A DNA stretch of 64,000 nucleotides from Candidatus Eiseniibacteriota bacterium (GCA_036380835.1 DASVDZ010000069.1:49094-113093); one strand, 5' to 3'. Shown: positions 16,757 through 26,436, counted from the first letter of the stretch. Numbers and translations: made by a program. The notes: generated from the letters alone by a model not told the origin.

Positions 16757-17539
16757 TTGACCGAGCTGACGGTGGCGCAGATCGCGGCGCTCTGCGGGGT
16801 GGCCCTCTTCGCGGGAGCCATGGACGCCATCGCGGGCGGCGGCGGATTGATCACGGTCCCGGCGCTCCTCGCCGCGGGCCTGCCGCCGCACGCGGCGATC
16901 GCGACGAACAAGGGCCAGTCGACCTTCGGGTCGCTCGCGGCGGTGACCCGGTACGGACATGCCGGATTGATCGACCGCGCGACGGCGCGGTTCGCCTTTC
17001 CGCTCGCGCTCCTGGGATCGGCGGCGGGGGCGTCGCTCGCGCTCTGGGTCCCGGCCGAGGTGTTGCGGCCGATCATCCTCGCGCTCCTGATCGGTGCCGC
17101 GATCGTCGTCACGGTGTCGCAGCCCCGCGCCGGGGACGGGTCGGAGCGCCCGGTGAGGCGGAACGCCACGCTCGCCATCGCGGCCGCGGCGCTCGTGATC
17201 GGGGCGTACGACGGGTTCTTCGGTCCGGGAACGGGAACGTTCCTGATCGCGTTCTACGTCGGGTGGGTGGGCCTCTCGCTGAGCCGGGCGACGGCCGACG
17301 CCAAGGTCGTGAACTTCGCGGCGAACGCCGCCGCGATGGCGGTCTTCGCGTCGCGCGGTGCGATCTTGTGGCGGGTCGCGCTCCCCATGGCGGGAGCGCA
17401 GCTCGTGGGTGGTTTTCTGGGAGCGCACGTCGCGGTCCGCCGCGGAGAGCGGCTGATCCGGGGCGTCGTGCTGATCGTGGTGCTCGCGCTGGTCGTCAAG
17501 ATCGCGCGCGACATCTATCTGGGACGACATCAACCGTGA
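16757..17539 (+). CDS. TSUP-family anion exporter (TauE/SafE-like)
   Basis: 260 aa. TTG start after GAGGAAGGGGG. AGAMDAIAGGGGLITVPALL and the internal repeat are typical of TauE/SafE. Confidence 0.8.
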   Translation: MTELTVAQIAALCGVALFAGAMDAIAGGGGLITVPALLAAGLPPHAAIATNKGQSTFGSLAAVTRYGHAGLIDRATARFAFPLALLGSAAGASLALWVPAEVLRPIILALLIGAAIVVTVSQPRAGDGSERPVRRNATLAIAAAALVIGAYDGFFGPGTGTFLIAFYVGWVGLSLSRATADAKVVNFAANAAAMAVFASRGAILWRVALPMAGAQLVGGFLGAHVAVRRGERLIRGVVLIVVLALVVKIARDIYLGRHQP

Positions 17540-17561
17540 TCGAAGGAGGGGACGCACCATC

Positions 17562-18161
17562 ATGTCCGGATCGAATCGGAATCACCTCGGCATCGCCGGG
17601 CTGCTCTTGGTCCTCGCGCTGACCGTCGCCTCGTGCGGCTCGCCGAACAACGGCACGACGTCCGGTACCGCCACGTCGACTCCGGAGGGCGCCGCGGCGA
17701 ACGCCGCGGCCGACCCCGTCGCCAGAGGGAAGTACCTGACCACGATCATGAGCTGCGGCGATTGCCACACGCCGGGCACCCTGTACGGCGCGCCCGACTT
17801 CGATCGCACGCTCTCGGGCAGCGAGCTCGGCTGGGCCGGCCCTTGGGGCGTCTCCTATCCGCGCAACCTGACCCCGGACATGGAAACGGGAATCGGCGCG
17901 TGGAGCGAGGACGACATCGTGAAGGCGATCCAGACCGGCTACCGGCCCGACGGCACGCAGCTCTCCCCGCCGATGCCGTGGCCCAACTTCGCGAACCTCT
18001 CGCACGACGACGCCATCGCCATCGCCAAGTATCTGAAGTCGCTCCCGCCGGTCCATCACAAGGTGCCGGACAAGCTGGCGCCGGGGGTGAAGCCGAAGGT
18101 GACCCCGGTCGTGATCCCGGCGCCCCCCGCGTGGGACGCGCCGAAGAAGGCCGCATCCTGA
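17562..18161 (+). CDS. Lipoprotein c-type cytochrome
   Basis: 199 aa. LALTVASCG lipobox and one CGDCH haem-binding motif. RBS GAAGGAGG. Confidence 0.8.
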   Translation: MSGSNRNHLGIAGLLLVLALTVASCGSPNNGTTSGTATSTPEGAAANAAADPVARGKYLTTIMSCGDCHTPGTLYGAPDFDRTLSGSELGWAGPWGVSYPRNLTPDMETGIGAWSEDDIVKAIQTGYRPDGTQLSPPMPWPNFANLSHDDAIAIAKYLKSLPPVHHKVPDKLAPGVKPKVTPVVIPAPPAWDAPKKAAS

Positions 18162-18182
18162 TTCGCTAGAGGAGGAACCGCC

Positions 18183-18755
18183 ATGCCGACCGAAGTTCGC
18201 TCCGAAATCAAGATTCCAGCGGGCTACCGCTCGCCCGAGGCGGCGTCGTTCGTGGCGCAGCTCGACGATCAGCTCGCCCGGCTCCTCGACGCGACGCGGG
18301 AGCTCACCGCCGACGACCTGATGTGGCAGCCCGCCCCGGGCATGAACACGATCGGCATGCTCCTCGCCCATCTCGCGGTGGTCGAGGTCTGGTGGACCAA
18401 GATCGTGCTCGGAAAAGAGGACGACCCCGACGTGCGGGACGTGATCGGCATCGGCACGGACGACGACGGCATGCCGCTGGCGGAGGGGGCGCCCGCGTTC
18501 CCGCTCCTGAACGGGAACGAGATCGCGTTCTACCACGACCTGCTCGCGAAGGCGCGCGCGTTCGTCACGCGGGCCGCCCAGGCGGCGTCGCCGGATGCCC
18601 TCGATCAGACGCTCACGCGGACGCGGCCGGACGGCACGAAGCGCGTGATCAACGGACGCTGGTACTTCTACCACGTGCTCGAGCACTTCGCCGGGCACTA
18701 CGGCCAGATCCTCCTCCTCAAGCACATGCGACGGGCCGCGTTCGTCCGTTCGTGA
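18183..18755 (+). CDS. DinB-family protein
   Basis: 190 aa. RBS GAGGAGG. LLAHLAVVEVWW and HFAGHYGQILLLKH. Confidence 0.8.
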   Translation: MPTEVRSEIKIPAGYRSPEAASFVAQLDDQLARLLDATRELTADDLMWQPAPGMNTIGMLLAHLAVVEVWWTKIVLGKEDDPDVRDVIGIGTDDDGMPLAEGAPAFPLLNGNEIAFYHDLLAKARAFVTRAAQAASPDALDQTLTRTRPDGTKRVINGRWYFYHVLEHFAGHYGQILLLKHMRRAAFVRS

Positions 18756-18804
18756 TGGGCTCGGAACCCTTGGGTTCCCGCGGGCTGGGTCGCGGAGGCT
18801 TGGC

Positions 18805-20220
18805 GTGAGCGGGCTCCGCGACCAGCTCAAGCGGCAGATCGAGGGGGCCGTGCGCGACGCGGGCGCCGTGCCGGTGGAGCGGACGACCAATTTCGGGCAC
18901 CTCTTCCGGTCCGCGCCGCGCCTCCTCGTCGAGCCGCGGACCGCCGAGGACGTCCGCGCGACGGTCCAGTTCGCCCGCGCGAAGGGGCTCACCCTCTCGA
19001 CTCGCGGCGCGGGGCACAGCCAGAGCCACCTCGGCATTTCCGACGGAGGGGTGCTGCTCGCGATGGGCTCGCTCGGCCGCGTGCTCGAGGTGGACGACCG
19101 GGCGCTGACCGCCGACGTGGAGGCGGGCGCCCTCTGGGGCGACGTCGTCGCGCGGCTAAAGCCGCTCGGCTTGGCACCCCCCGTGCTGACGAACAACCTC
19201 AACGTGACCGTCGGCGGCACGCTGTCCGTCGCGGGGATCGGCGTCGCGTCGTTCCGCTACGGGACGCAGGGAGACCAGGTCGTCTCGCTCGACGTCGTGA
19301 CGGGAGACGGGGAGGCCGTGACCTGCGGCCCCGATCGGAACGAGGATCTCTTCTGGTCGGTCGTGGCGGGGCTCGGACAGGTCGGCGTGATCACGCGCGC
19401 GCGTCTCAAGCTCCGTCGGGTGAAGCCGCTGACGCGCACGTACTACCTCCTCTACGACGACGCCCGTCGCTTCCTCGAGGACGCGCGCTTCGCGATGGAC
19501 TCGGGGCGGTTCGATCACATCGAGTCGTGGGCGTCGCCGAGCCCGCAGGGCACGAAGCCCGTCGGCGGGCGCCGGCAGGTCTTCGCCCGCTGGTTCTTCC
19601 CGTTTCACCTGACGGTGGAATTCGACCCCGGCGCGCCCCCCGACGACGCGGCGCTCCTCGACGGGCTCCGCCCCTACGAGAATCTCTATACCGACGATCT
19701 GCCCACGGCGGAATTCTTCTCGCGGCTGGAGCCCGTCTTCGATCTCTGGAAGCGCGGGGGCACGTGGGAGCACGTGCACGCGTGGATGGAGGCCGTGATG
19801 CCGTGGGAGACCGCCCCCGATCTGCTCGACGCGATCCTTCCCGACCTGCCGCCGTCGATCCTGGTCGGAGGGCACATCCTGCTCTGGCCCGCGAAGGGGA
19901 GCGCCTCGCGCTCGCGCCTCTTCATGCGCCCCCCGGGCGAGAACCTCGTCGGATTCGGCATCCTTCCGGCCATTCCTCCCAAGTACTGGCCCGAGGCGCG
20001 TCCGATGCTCGACACGGCCAGCCGGCTCTCGATCGCGATGGGCGGCAAGCGCTACCTGTCCGGGTACGTGGAGTTCACCGAGGAGGAATGGCGGGAGCAC
20101 TTCGGCCCGATGTGGGAGCCGTTCCGCGCCTCGAAGCGGCGGTTCGACCCGGACGTCATCCTGAACCCGGGGTTCGTCCCTCTCGACGAGCGCCGGCCGG
20201 CCGCTTCGCCGGCCGCGTGA
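18805..20220 (+). CDS. FAD-linked oxidase, cytokinin-dehydrogenase-like (PCMH fold)
   Basis: 471 aa. RGAGHSQ is the GHS motif whose His binds FAD covalently in CKX. TVGGTLS and [22 protein letters not shown]. The C-terminal half resembles the CKX substrate domain. Confidence 0.8.
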   Translation: MSGLRDQLKRQIEGAVRDAGAVPVERTTNFGHLFRSAPRLLVEPRTAEDVRATVQFARAKGLTLSTRGAGHSQSHLGISDGGVLLAMGSLGRVLEVDDRALTADVEAGALWGDVVARLKPLGLAPPVLTNNLNVTVGGTLSVAGIGVASFRYGTQGDQVVSLDVVTGDGEAVTCGPDRNEDLFWSVVAGLGQVGVITRARLKLRRVKPLTRTYYLLYDDARRFLEDARFAMDSGRFDHIESWASPSPQGTKPVGGRRQVFARWFFPFHLTVEFDPGAPPDDAALLDGLRPYENLYTDDLPTAEFFSRLEPVFDLWKRGGTWEHVHAWMEAVMPWETAPDLLDAILPDLPPSILVGGHILLWPAKGSASRSRLFMRPPGENLVGFGILPAIPPKYWPEARPMLDTASRLSIAMGGKRYLSGYVEFTEEEWREHFGPMWEPFRASKRRFDPDVILNPGFVPLDERRPAASPAA

Positions 20221-20660
20221 CGCACGTGCCCGACCCGATCCCGTTCGGCACGCCGGCGTGGGCCGCCGCGTTGCGCGAGGGGCTGAACGGGTCGTCGGAG
20301 TACCGGAACGCCGCGGCCAAGTGGGGCGTCGGGTGGAACGGAAATCTGCTCCTGGCTTTCGAGGCCGACGGCGCCCTCGCGGCGCCGCTCCATCTCTTCC
20401 TCGAGCTCGCGGCCGGCCGGTGCACTCGGGCGGAGTTCGTCGGGGGATCGGGGCGGGACCGCGCGGAGGCCGGATTCACGCTCCGGGCTCCCTTCTCGCT
20501 CTGGCGGGACATCCTCGAACGGAGAGTCCTCGCGGCGACCGCGATCCTGACGGGGAAGATGAAGGTGGAGGGAGACCGTCTCGCGCTGCTCCGGCACGCG
20601 GGCGCGAATCGCGCGCTGATCCACGTCACGGGGAGCGTGCCGACTCGGTTCCCGTCATGA
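20217..20660 (+). CDS. SCP2 sterol/lipid-carrier domain protein
   Basis: Real part of ORF 19527..20660. GTGA start/stop overlap. [18 protein letters not shown] is the typical SCP2 C-terminal motif. Confidence 0.7.
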   Translation: MTHVPDPIPFGTPAWAAALREGLNGSSEYRNAAAKWGVGWNGNLLLAFEADGALAAPLHLFLELAAGRCTRAEFVGGSGRDRAEAGFTLRAPFSLWRDILERRVLAATAILTGKMKVEGDRLALLRHAGANRALIHVTGSVPTRFPS

Positions 20661-21124
20661 GCGCGATCCGCCCCGCCCGGTTCCCGGGGGACCTTCCCGC
20701 CGTCCGCGCGCTCCTCGAGGAATACGCCGCGTCGCTCGGATTCGACCTCTCGTTCCAGGGGTTCGATCGCGAGCTCGAGGGCCTGCCCGGGGACTACGCG
20801 CCGCCGTCGGGCGCGATCCTCGTGGCCGAGGAGGAGGGAACGCCGGAGGGAATCGTCGCGCTCCGATCGCTGGAGCCGCCGGACGTGTGCGAGATGAAAC
20901 GGCTCTACGTCCGTCCGTCCGCGCGCGGGCGCGGCCTCGGCCGCCGGCTCGCGGAGGCGATCGTGGCCGAGGCGCGCGCGCGCGGATACCGGCGCATGCG
21001 CCTCGACACCGTTCCGGCGATGGGAGAGGCGATCGGACTCTATCGTTCGCTCGCATTCCGGACGATCGAGCCGTATCGCCTGAACCCCATTCCGGGAGCG
21101 CTCTTCTTCGAGCGCGCCCTCTGA
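20657..21124 (+). CDS. GNAT-family N-acetyltransferase
   Basis: Real part of ORF 20258..21124. ATGA overlap. [21 protein letters not shown] is the acetyl-CoA binding motif A. Confidence 0.85.
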   Translation: MSAIRPARFPGDLPAVRALLEEYAASLGFDLSFQGFDRELEGLPGDYAPPSGAILVAEEEGTPEGIVALRSLEPPDVCEMKRLYVRPSARGRGLGRRLAEAIVAEARARGYRRMRLDTVPAMGEAIGLYRSLAFRTIEPYRLNPIPGALFFERAL

Positions 21125-21176
21125 CGGTGTCGCCGCCCAGGCGGCGCCCGCTCCCGCTCCGGCCCCGGGGGGACGA

Positions 21177-21307
21177 TCACGCGGCCGCCGTCGCCTCGAC
21201 GTGATGCTCCGAAATCGCCTTCAGCACCCGGACCACGTCCGCGTGCGAGATCCCGGAGGCGGAGCTCTCGGGCGCGCCGCGATGGAAACGGGAGACGCGT
21301 TCCGTCG
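21177..21307 (-). pseudogene. Relic duplicate of the 3' end of the adjacent CBS gene (different frame, no usable start)
   Basis: Minus-strand translation HRGAPESSASGISHADVVRVLKAISEHHVEATAAA* parallels the CBS protein end SRGAPGISPTDVLHVLQAISRHRAESALAAAT*. The shared nt string is cgcggcgcgccc. Confidence 0.35.
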
Positions 21308-21787
21308 CTACGTGGCCGCGGCGAGCGCGGATTCCGCACGATGGCGCGAGATGGCCTGCAGGACGTGCAGCACGTCGGTCGGCGAGATGCCGGGCGCGCC
21401 GCGCGAGCCGTCCGTGCGCGTGTGCAGGATCAGATCGTTGATCGACAGGATGCCGCACAGCTCGCCACCCTTGTCCACGACGGGAAGCCGGCGCACGCGG
21501 GCCTCGGCCATCGTCTCCATCGCCAGACGGATTTCATCCTCGGGCCGGCACGTGCGCGGCGATTTTCCCAGGATTTCACGCACCTTGATGGCCGAGGGCG
21601 CGCGATTCTTCGTCGCCGTGGCGATGCTCACGTCGCGATCGGTCACGACGCCGATCAGGCGATTCCCCCTGTCCACGATGGGGACGATGCCGCAGTCCTG
21701 ATCCCACATGATCATCGCCGCGGTGCCGAGGTCCGAGTCGGCGTGGCACGCACGGACCTCCCAGGTCATCAGATCACGTACTTTCAT
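21308..21787 (-). CDS. CBS-pair domain protein
   Basis: 159 aa. RBS GGAGGGA. Two CBS repeats (VRDLMT..IVPIVD..LIGVVTDRDV and VREIL..RRLPVVDKGGELCGILSINDL). Confidence 0.85.
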   Translation of the reverse strand: MKVRDLMTWEVRACHADSDLGTAAMIMWDQDCGIVPIVDRGNRLIGVVTDRDVSIATATKNRAPSAIKVREILGKSPRTCRPEDEIRLAMETMAEARVRRLPVVDKGGELCGILSINDLILHTRTDGSRGAPGISPTDVLHVLQAISRHRAESALAAAT

Positions 21788-21884
21788 GGTTCCCTCCGTT
21801 CCCGGCGGCGCCGGAGCGCCACGGGTGCGTCGTCCGGCGCCGTCCGGGAGGCGGCGAGCGGCTCGGGAAGCGGCCGATCTCCGG

Positions 21885-22319
21885 CTATTCGATCTTCACC
21901 GGAATCGTCGCGCCCTTGCCCACTTTGGCCTTCGGGAGCTGGACCGTGAGGAGCCCGTTCTTGAAGGTCGCCTTCACGTCGCCCGGTTCGACCGGCACCG
22001 GAAGACGGAAGCTCCGGGAGAACATGCCCATCGCCCGCTCCATCCGATAGTGCTTCAGGTCCTTCTCCTCTTTCTCGTACTTCTTCTCCCCGCTGAACGT
22101 GAGGACGTTCTCCTCGAGGTTCACCGTGATGTCCTTCGGATCGATCCCCGGGACCTCGGCCTTGACGACCAGCACGTCGCCCTTGTCGGAGACGTCGATG
22201 ACCGGCGTCCACTCACCCAGAACGGGGGAGGTGATGTCGGTCTCCCAGAGTTGATCGAAGATTCGATCCATTTCGCGCCTCAGCGCCGTGATCCCGTTGG
22301 TCGGTATGAGCGCTTTCAT
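21885..22319 (-). CDS. Hsp20/alpha-crystallin small heat-shock protein
   Basis: Track ORF 21885..22484, started at ATG 22319 (MKALIPTN..). PVIDVSDKGDVLVVKAEVPGIDPKDITVNLEENVLTFSGEKK..GLLTVQLPK. Confidence 0.9.
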   Translation of the reverse strand: MKALIPTNGITALRREMDRIFDQLWETDITSPVLGEWTPVIDVSDKGDVLVVKAEVPGIDPKDITVNLEENVLTFSGEKKYEKEEKDLKHYRMERAMGMFSRSFRLPVPVEPGDVKATFKNGLLTVQLPKAKVGKGATIPVKIE

Positions 22320-22427
22320 ATCGGTACCTCGGCGGTGCCCAGGGCCTGCCGAAGGGCGCGTGGGCACCGCGGCGCATCGCCCCTCGCGCCGGGATCGATC
22401 CGTCGAGCCCGGCTGATGGAACGAGTC

Positions 22428-22441
22428 GCACAAGGCGTGCC
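22428..22441 (-). promoter_or_regulatory. Candidate sigma54 (-24/-12) promoter for hsp20-CBS
   Basis: Minus strand reads cGGCACGccttgTGCg, with GG and GC at the consensus spacing of TGGCACG-N4-TTGC. It lies about 110 nt upstream of ATG 22319. A sigma54 activator gene is adjacent. Confidence 0.35.
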
Positions 22442-22482
22442 GCGCGCGCGGCCGGGGGGCGATCCCGCGCGCCACCCGCAAC

Positions 22483-22571
22483 ACGCCGTCCCAGACGGCG
22501 TTCCGGCCACCGCCCCGGGGGTTCTACTTCCGTACCGTTGAGCCGGGGAGCCCCGGCTGCCAATCTGGCAG
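22483..22571. promoter_or_regulatory. Three perfect inverted repeats in the hsp20 / kinase divergent region (candidate activator binding sites)
   Basis: acgccgtc-cca-gacggcgt (22483-22501), gccgggg-ag-ccccggc (22542-22557) and ctgcca-atc-tggcag (22557-22571), all read directly. Confidence 0.25.
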
Positions 22572-22580
22572 TGGAAAGGG

Positions 22581-23738
22581 GTGCCCATGTCAGCCCGCCC
22601 GCGCCAGGATGCCGAACGACTCGATCTCGAAGGGGTTCGGCCCATCCTGCCTCAGTTGATCGATTCCCTGAACGACGCGGTCCTGGTCGTCGATCGGAAC
22701 CGACGCATCGTCGCGGCCAATCGCCGCTATCACGACGTGTTCGGCCGGGGCGATCCGGTCTCCCCGGGCGCGGTCTGCGGCGGAACCCCGTGCTGCCCCG
22801 ATGAATGCCGTCACGACGGCGCCGACGAATGCGCGGCGCAGGAAGTGATCCGGAACGCCCGTCCCGCCCACCGGCTCCGCCTCGTTCGCGACCTCGGCGG
22901 GATCCGCCGCCGCTGGGACGGCACGTTCAGTCCCGTCCTCGACGCCGCGGGCCAGGTGACGCACGTGGTCGAGGTCTGGCGCGACGTCTCCGAACGGAGC
23001 CGTCTCGAGGGACAGCTCAGCCACAGCGAGCGGCTCGCGTCGCTCGGAATCCTCGCGGCGGGCGTGGCGCACGAGATCAACAATCCGCTCGCCTCGATGC
23101 TGGCGGGCGTGGAGGCGCTCCGGCGCCGGTTCGTGGAGGCGGGGGGCGGCGTGGGGGGCATCGCGGCCGACGTCGATCGACTGCTCGGCATCCTCGAGCG
23201 CGAGGCGCGCCGCGTCCGCGTGATCTCGGACAAGCTGATGATGCTCGCGCAGCCCGTCTCGGAGTCGGCCGTCTGGGTCGACCTGAACCGCGCGGCCGAC
23301 GACACGATCGATCTGCTCCGCTACCAGATGTCGAAGCAGCGGATCCGGATCGTCTCGGAGCTAACGCGCGGCATCCCCTTGATCTGGGCGCGCGAGAGCG
23401 GCATCCGGAGCGTCTGCATGAACCTCATGATGAACGCGGTGCAGGCGATGCCCGAGGGAGGCACGCTCTGGGTCCGGACCTCGGCGGGCCAGGGCCGCCT
23501 ATCGCTCGAGATCCAGGACACCGGCCCCGGAATCCCGGCGGAGTACATGGACCGGATCTGGGATCCGTTCTTCACGACGAAGCCGCCGGGCAAGGGAACC
23601 GGCCTCGGCCTGTCGATCACGCAACGCGTCGTCGCGCGCCACGAGGGGACGATCCGGGCCGAGAACGTCGCCGATCCCCGCGGGGCACGCTTCATCGTGG
23701 AGCTGCCGGAGCGCGGTGCGGGGGGAAGCAGTGGCTGA
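22581..23738 (+). CDS. PAS sensor histidine kinase (NtrB-like)
   Basis: 385 aa. PAS with a Cys-rich insert. H-box AHEINNPL. ATPase boxes MNAVQAM, DTGPGIP and GTGLGLS. Confidence 0.85.
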   Translation: MPMSARPRQDAERLDLEGVRPILPQLIDSLNDAVLVVDRNRRIVAANRRYHDVFGRGDPVSPGAVCGGTPCCPDECRHDGADECAAQEVIRNARPAHRLRLVRDLGGIRRRWDGTFSPVLDAAGQVTHVVEVWRDVSERSRLEGQLSHSERLASLGILAAGVAHEINNPLASMLAGVEALRRRFVEAGGGVGGIAADVDRLLGILEREARRVRVISDKLMMLAQPVSESAVWVDLNRAADDTIDLLRYQMSKQRIRIVSELTRGIPLIWARESGIRSVCMNLMMNAVQAMPEGGTLWVRTSAGQGRLSLEIQDTGPGIPAEYMDRIWDPFFTTKPPGKGTGLGLSITQRVVARHEGTIRAENVADPRGARFIVELPERGAGGSSG

Positions 23739-25092
23739 CATCCGGGTGCTGGTCGTCGACGACGAGGATTCGTTCCGTCAGATCGTCACCGAGGAGCTGA
23801 CGCACGCCGGCTACACCATGGACGCGGCGTCCTCCCTCGAGGAGGCGCGGAGACTCCTCGCGCAGCGGAGTTTCCACGTCGTCTTCCTCGATCTTCGGCT
23901 CCCCGACGGGACCGGCCTCGATCTCCTCGAGGACATCCGGGCGTCCCTCTCCGCGACCCAGGTCGTCATCCTCACCGCGCACGGGACCGTGCAGGAGGCG
24001 ATCCGCGCGATGAAGCAGGGGGCGTTCGATTTCCTGACCAAGCCGTGCAAGCTGGAGGAGATCGAAGCGGTGCTGGAGCGCGCGCTCCAGACCCAGAGCC
24101 TGGAGCGTGGGAACCTGGCCCTCCAGCGCGACGTGGACCGCCTGAAGCCGAGCGATCGGATCGTGGGCGATACGGCGGCGATCCAGGACGTGCTCTCGCT
24201 GATCGGCCGGGTCGCGTCGACCGACTCCACCGTGCTGATCCGCGGCGAGAGCGGCGTCGGCAAGGAGCTGGTCGCGCGCGCGGTCCACCGGATGAGCCTC
24301 CGGGCGAAGCAGCCCTTCGTCGTCGTCGATTGCGCGTCCCTGCACGAGAACCTGCTCCAGAGCGAGCTCTTCGGGCACGAGAAGGGCGCCTACACGGGCG
24401 CGATCCGGCTCAAGCACGGCCTCTTCGAGGTGGCCGACCGGGGCACCATCTTCCTCGACGAGATCGGGGAGGTCACGCCCGCGCTCCAGGTCAAGCTCCT
24501 GCGCGTGCTCGAGACCGGCATCTTCCGCCGGGTGGGAGGAACCGCGGACGTGAAGGTCGACGTCCGCGTGATCGCGGCCACCAACCGCGACCTCGAGTCG
24601 ATGCTCTCCTCCGGGGCGTTCCGCGAAGATCTCTACTATCGGCTCAACGTCTTCTCGATCCCGATCCCGCCGCTGCGCGACCGGCGGGAGGACGTCCCGC
24701 TCCTCGTCGACCACTTCGTCCGGGGCAGCGGCATCGTCGCGAAGAGGAACGCCAAGGTCTCGGCGGACGCGATGCGGGTGCTGGCCCGCTACCACTGGCC
24801 CGGCAACGTGCGCGAGATCCAGAACGTGATCGAGCGCGCGCTCATCCTCTGCGACGCCGGGATCGTGCTGCCCGAGCACCTGCCGATCGGCGTCCGCGTT
24901 CCGACCTCCCGGGAGACGCCGGCGGCCGGCTCGTCGCGGCCGACGCTCGCCGAGGCCGAGCGGCGGTACATCCGGCAGATCCTCGACGAGTGCCAGGGCC
25001 ATCGCCAGAAGGCGGCGCACGTCCTGGGGATCAGCGAGCGGAACCTGTACCGGAAGCTGAAGGAGCTCCAGTCCGAGGTGGGAGCTTCGTAG
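23716..25092 (+). CDS. Sigma54-dependent response regulator (NtrC family)
   Basis: 458 aa. Receiver ([16 protein letters not shown]). AAA+ module ([21 protein letters not shown] as the GAFTGA-type loop). Fis HTH ([18 protein letters not shown]). The start may be a few codons downstream, because it overlaps the kinase stop. Confidence 0.9.
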   Translation: MRGEAVADIRVLVVDDEDSFRQIVTEELTHAGYTMDAASSLEEARRLLAQRSFHVVFLDLRLPDGTGLDLLEDIRASLSATQVVILTAHGTVQEAIRAMKQGAFDFLTKPCKLEEIEAVLERALQTQSLERGNLALQRDVDRLKPSDRIVGDTAAIQDVLSLIGRVASTDSTVLIRGESGVGKELVARAVHRMSLRAKQPFVVVDCASLHENLLQSELFGHEKGAYTGAIRLKHGLFEVADRGTIFLDEIGEVTPALQVKLLRVLETGIFRRVGGTADVKVDVRVIAATNRDLESMLSSGAFREDLYYRLNVFSIPIPPLRDRREDVPLLVDHFVRGSGIVAKRNAKVSADAMRVLARYHWPGNVREIQNVIERALILCDAGIVLPEHLPIGVRVPTSRETPAAGSSRPTLAEAERRYIRQILDECQGHRQKAAHVLGISERNLYRKLKELQSEVGAS

Positions 25093-25439
25093 CCGCCCCG
25101 GACCCCGTTCGCGCCTGACAGCCCGTCGCGCGACATGACGCCAGCGTCAGGGCGCGCCGCCCGCCCCCCCGGTTCGCGCGAGAAGCGCCCGCCGGAACCC
25201 TCCGCACGACAACGCGATCGCGGATTCGCCCGGAGCGAAGGGCGCGGGCACGGATGTTGCCCTCACAGTCGCCGGGCGGCAGCCGCTCGCCGGTGATGCG
25301 GAGCCGCGCCGGCGACGCTCGACACTCCGAACGCCATCGCGGCTGCCGTTGCCACTGAGGGTCTGGCGTTCGGAAAAACAATGTGGGCGCCCGTCGAGGT
25401 TGCGATGGGGAAGGGGGTCCTCCCACTGTCGCGACGCTT

Positions 25440-25467
25440 GCGGTCCGGCGCGGCGCCCGCGTTTTTT
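25440..25467 (+). terminator. GC-rich imperfect hairpin followed by T7 run (intrinsic-terminator-like, + strand)
   Basis: gcggtccggcgcggcgcccgcgttttttt. A T7 run is conspicuous in this GC-rich sequence, and it overlaps the TAA stop of the convergent EamA gene. Confidence 0.35.
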
Positions 25468-26351
25468 TATGCTCCCTCCCGCTTTCCCGGCCGCCTCCCG
25501 CGAGAGTCCAACCACGTCTTGAGCGCCGTGGCCCCGAGGATCAAGCCCCCTCCCGCGTTGGTCCACGGCCCGGGGCGCTCCCCATTGACGAGCCACGCCC
25601 AGAGCGGGTTCAACGCCGGCTCGAGGAGCAGGAGCACCGACGCCTCGAGCGCCGGAACGTGCCGCATCGCGAGCGTGAGGAAGACGTACGCGACCCCGAT
25701 CTGGACCACACCCAGCCCCGCCACGATCGCCCAGTCGACGGGGCGCGCGGCGGCCACGGGGAGGGCGAAGGGGAGCGCCACGAGGAACGCCGCGAGGTTT
25801 CCGATGACCACGACCGCGGGCGCCTGGCCTTCGCCCCCCGCGGCGCGCCCCGACCACCGAAGCCCCATCACCGTGAGCGCCCACGTGACGCCGGCGCTCG
25901 CGGCAAGCACGTTCCCGAGGACCGGGTTCGGCGCCGTTCGAAGCGGGCTCTCCGCGCTCACGAAGAAGAGCGTGAGCCCGAGACCGATCATCGCGATCAC
26001 GGCGAGATCGAACGGGCGGGTTCGCTCTCCGAGGAGCCAGGGGCCGAGGGCGAGGACGTAGAGCGGGGCGGTCGACTGGAGGAAGATGGTGTTCGCCGAC
26101 GTCGTCAGCTTGTTCGCGAGGACGAAGAGGACGACCGTGGCGGCGTAGGGAACCGCGGCCAGGAGCGCGCGCGCGTTCCACCCGCGACGCGCCGAGGGCA
26201 TGAGGAGCCAGACCGCCGCCGCCGCGATCCCCGACCGGAAACTCGCGACCTGCCAGCTCGTCAGGGCGCACGACTTGATGCCGGCCCCCCCGACGGAGAA
26301 GAGGAGGGCCGCCCCCAGCACCTGCAGGCGCGCGCGGGTCAGCGGATTCAC
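25467..26351 (-). CDS. EamA/DMT-family transporter
   Basis: Track ORF 25467..26414. I prefer GTG 26351 (VNPLTRARLQVLGAALLFS..) because a sigma70-like promoter for the divergent gene covers 26408-26436. Ten-TM DMT-like hydrophobicity. Confidence 0.75.
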   Translation of the reverse strand: MNPLTRARLQVLGAALLFSVGGAGIKSCALTSWQVASFRSGIAAAAVWLLMPSARRGWNARALLAAVPYAATVVLFVLANKLTTSANTIFLQSTAPLYVLALGPWLLGERTRPFDLAVIAMIGLGLTLFFVSAESPLRTAPNPVLGNVLAASAGVTWALTVMGLRWSGRAAGGEGQAPAVVVIGNLAAFLVALPFALPVAAARPVDWAIVAGLGVVQIGVAYVFLTLAMRHVPALEASVLLLLEPALNPLWAWLVNGERPGPWTNAGGGLILGATALKTWLDSRGRRPGKREGA

Positions 26352-26407
26352 GGATGCGACCGGTATACCAGAGACGGACCCCCGAGCCCAGAAGTGTCGG
26401 CCCCCCC

Positions 26408-26436
26408 TTGACACCCCATGGGGGCGCGCCTAACGT
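26408..26436 (+). promoter_or_regulatory. Sigma70-type promoter TTGACA-N17-TAACGT for the PKD gene
   Basis: cTTGACAccccatgggggcgcgccTAACGTagc, about 60 nt upstream of ATG 26497. Confidence 0.4.

Noticed and set aside
19172-19186. TGGCACccccCGTGC sigma54-like motif
   Set aside because: It lies deep inside the FAD-oxidase coding sequence with no downstream gene start. It illustrates that such motifs arise by chance in this GC-rich DNA, which is why the intergenic candidates get only modest confidence.
25381-26061. 226-aa plus ORF starting in the convergent spacer
   Set aside because: It runs antisense through the EamA gene, has no RBS, and has a Pro/Arg/Ala-rich composition.
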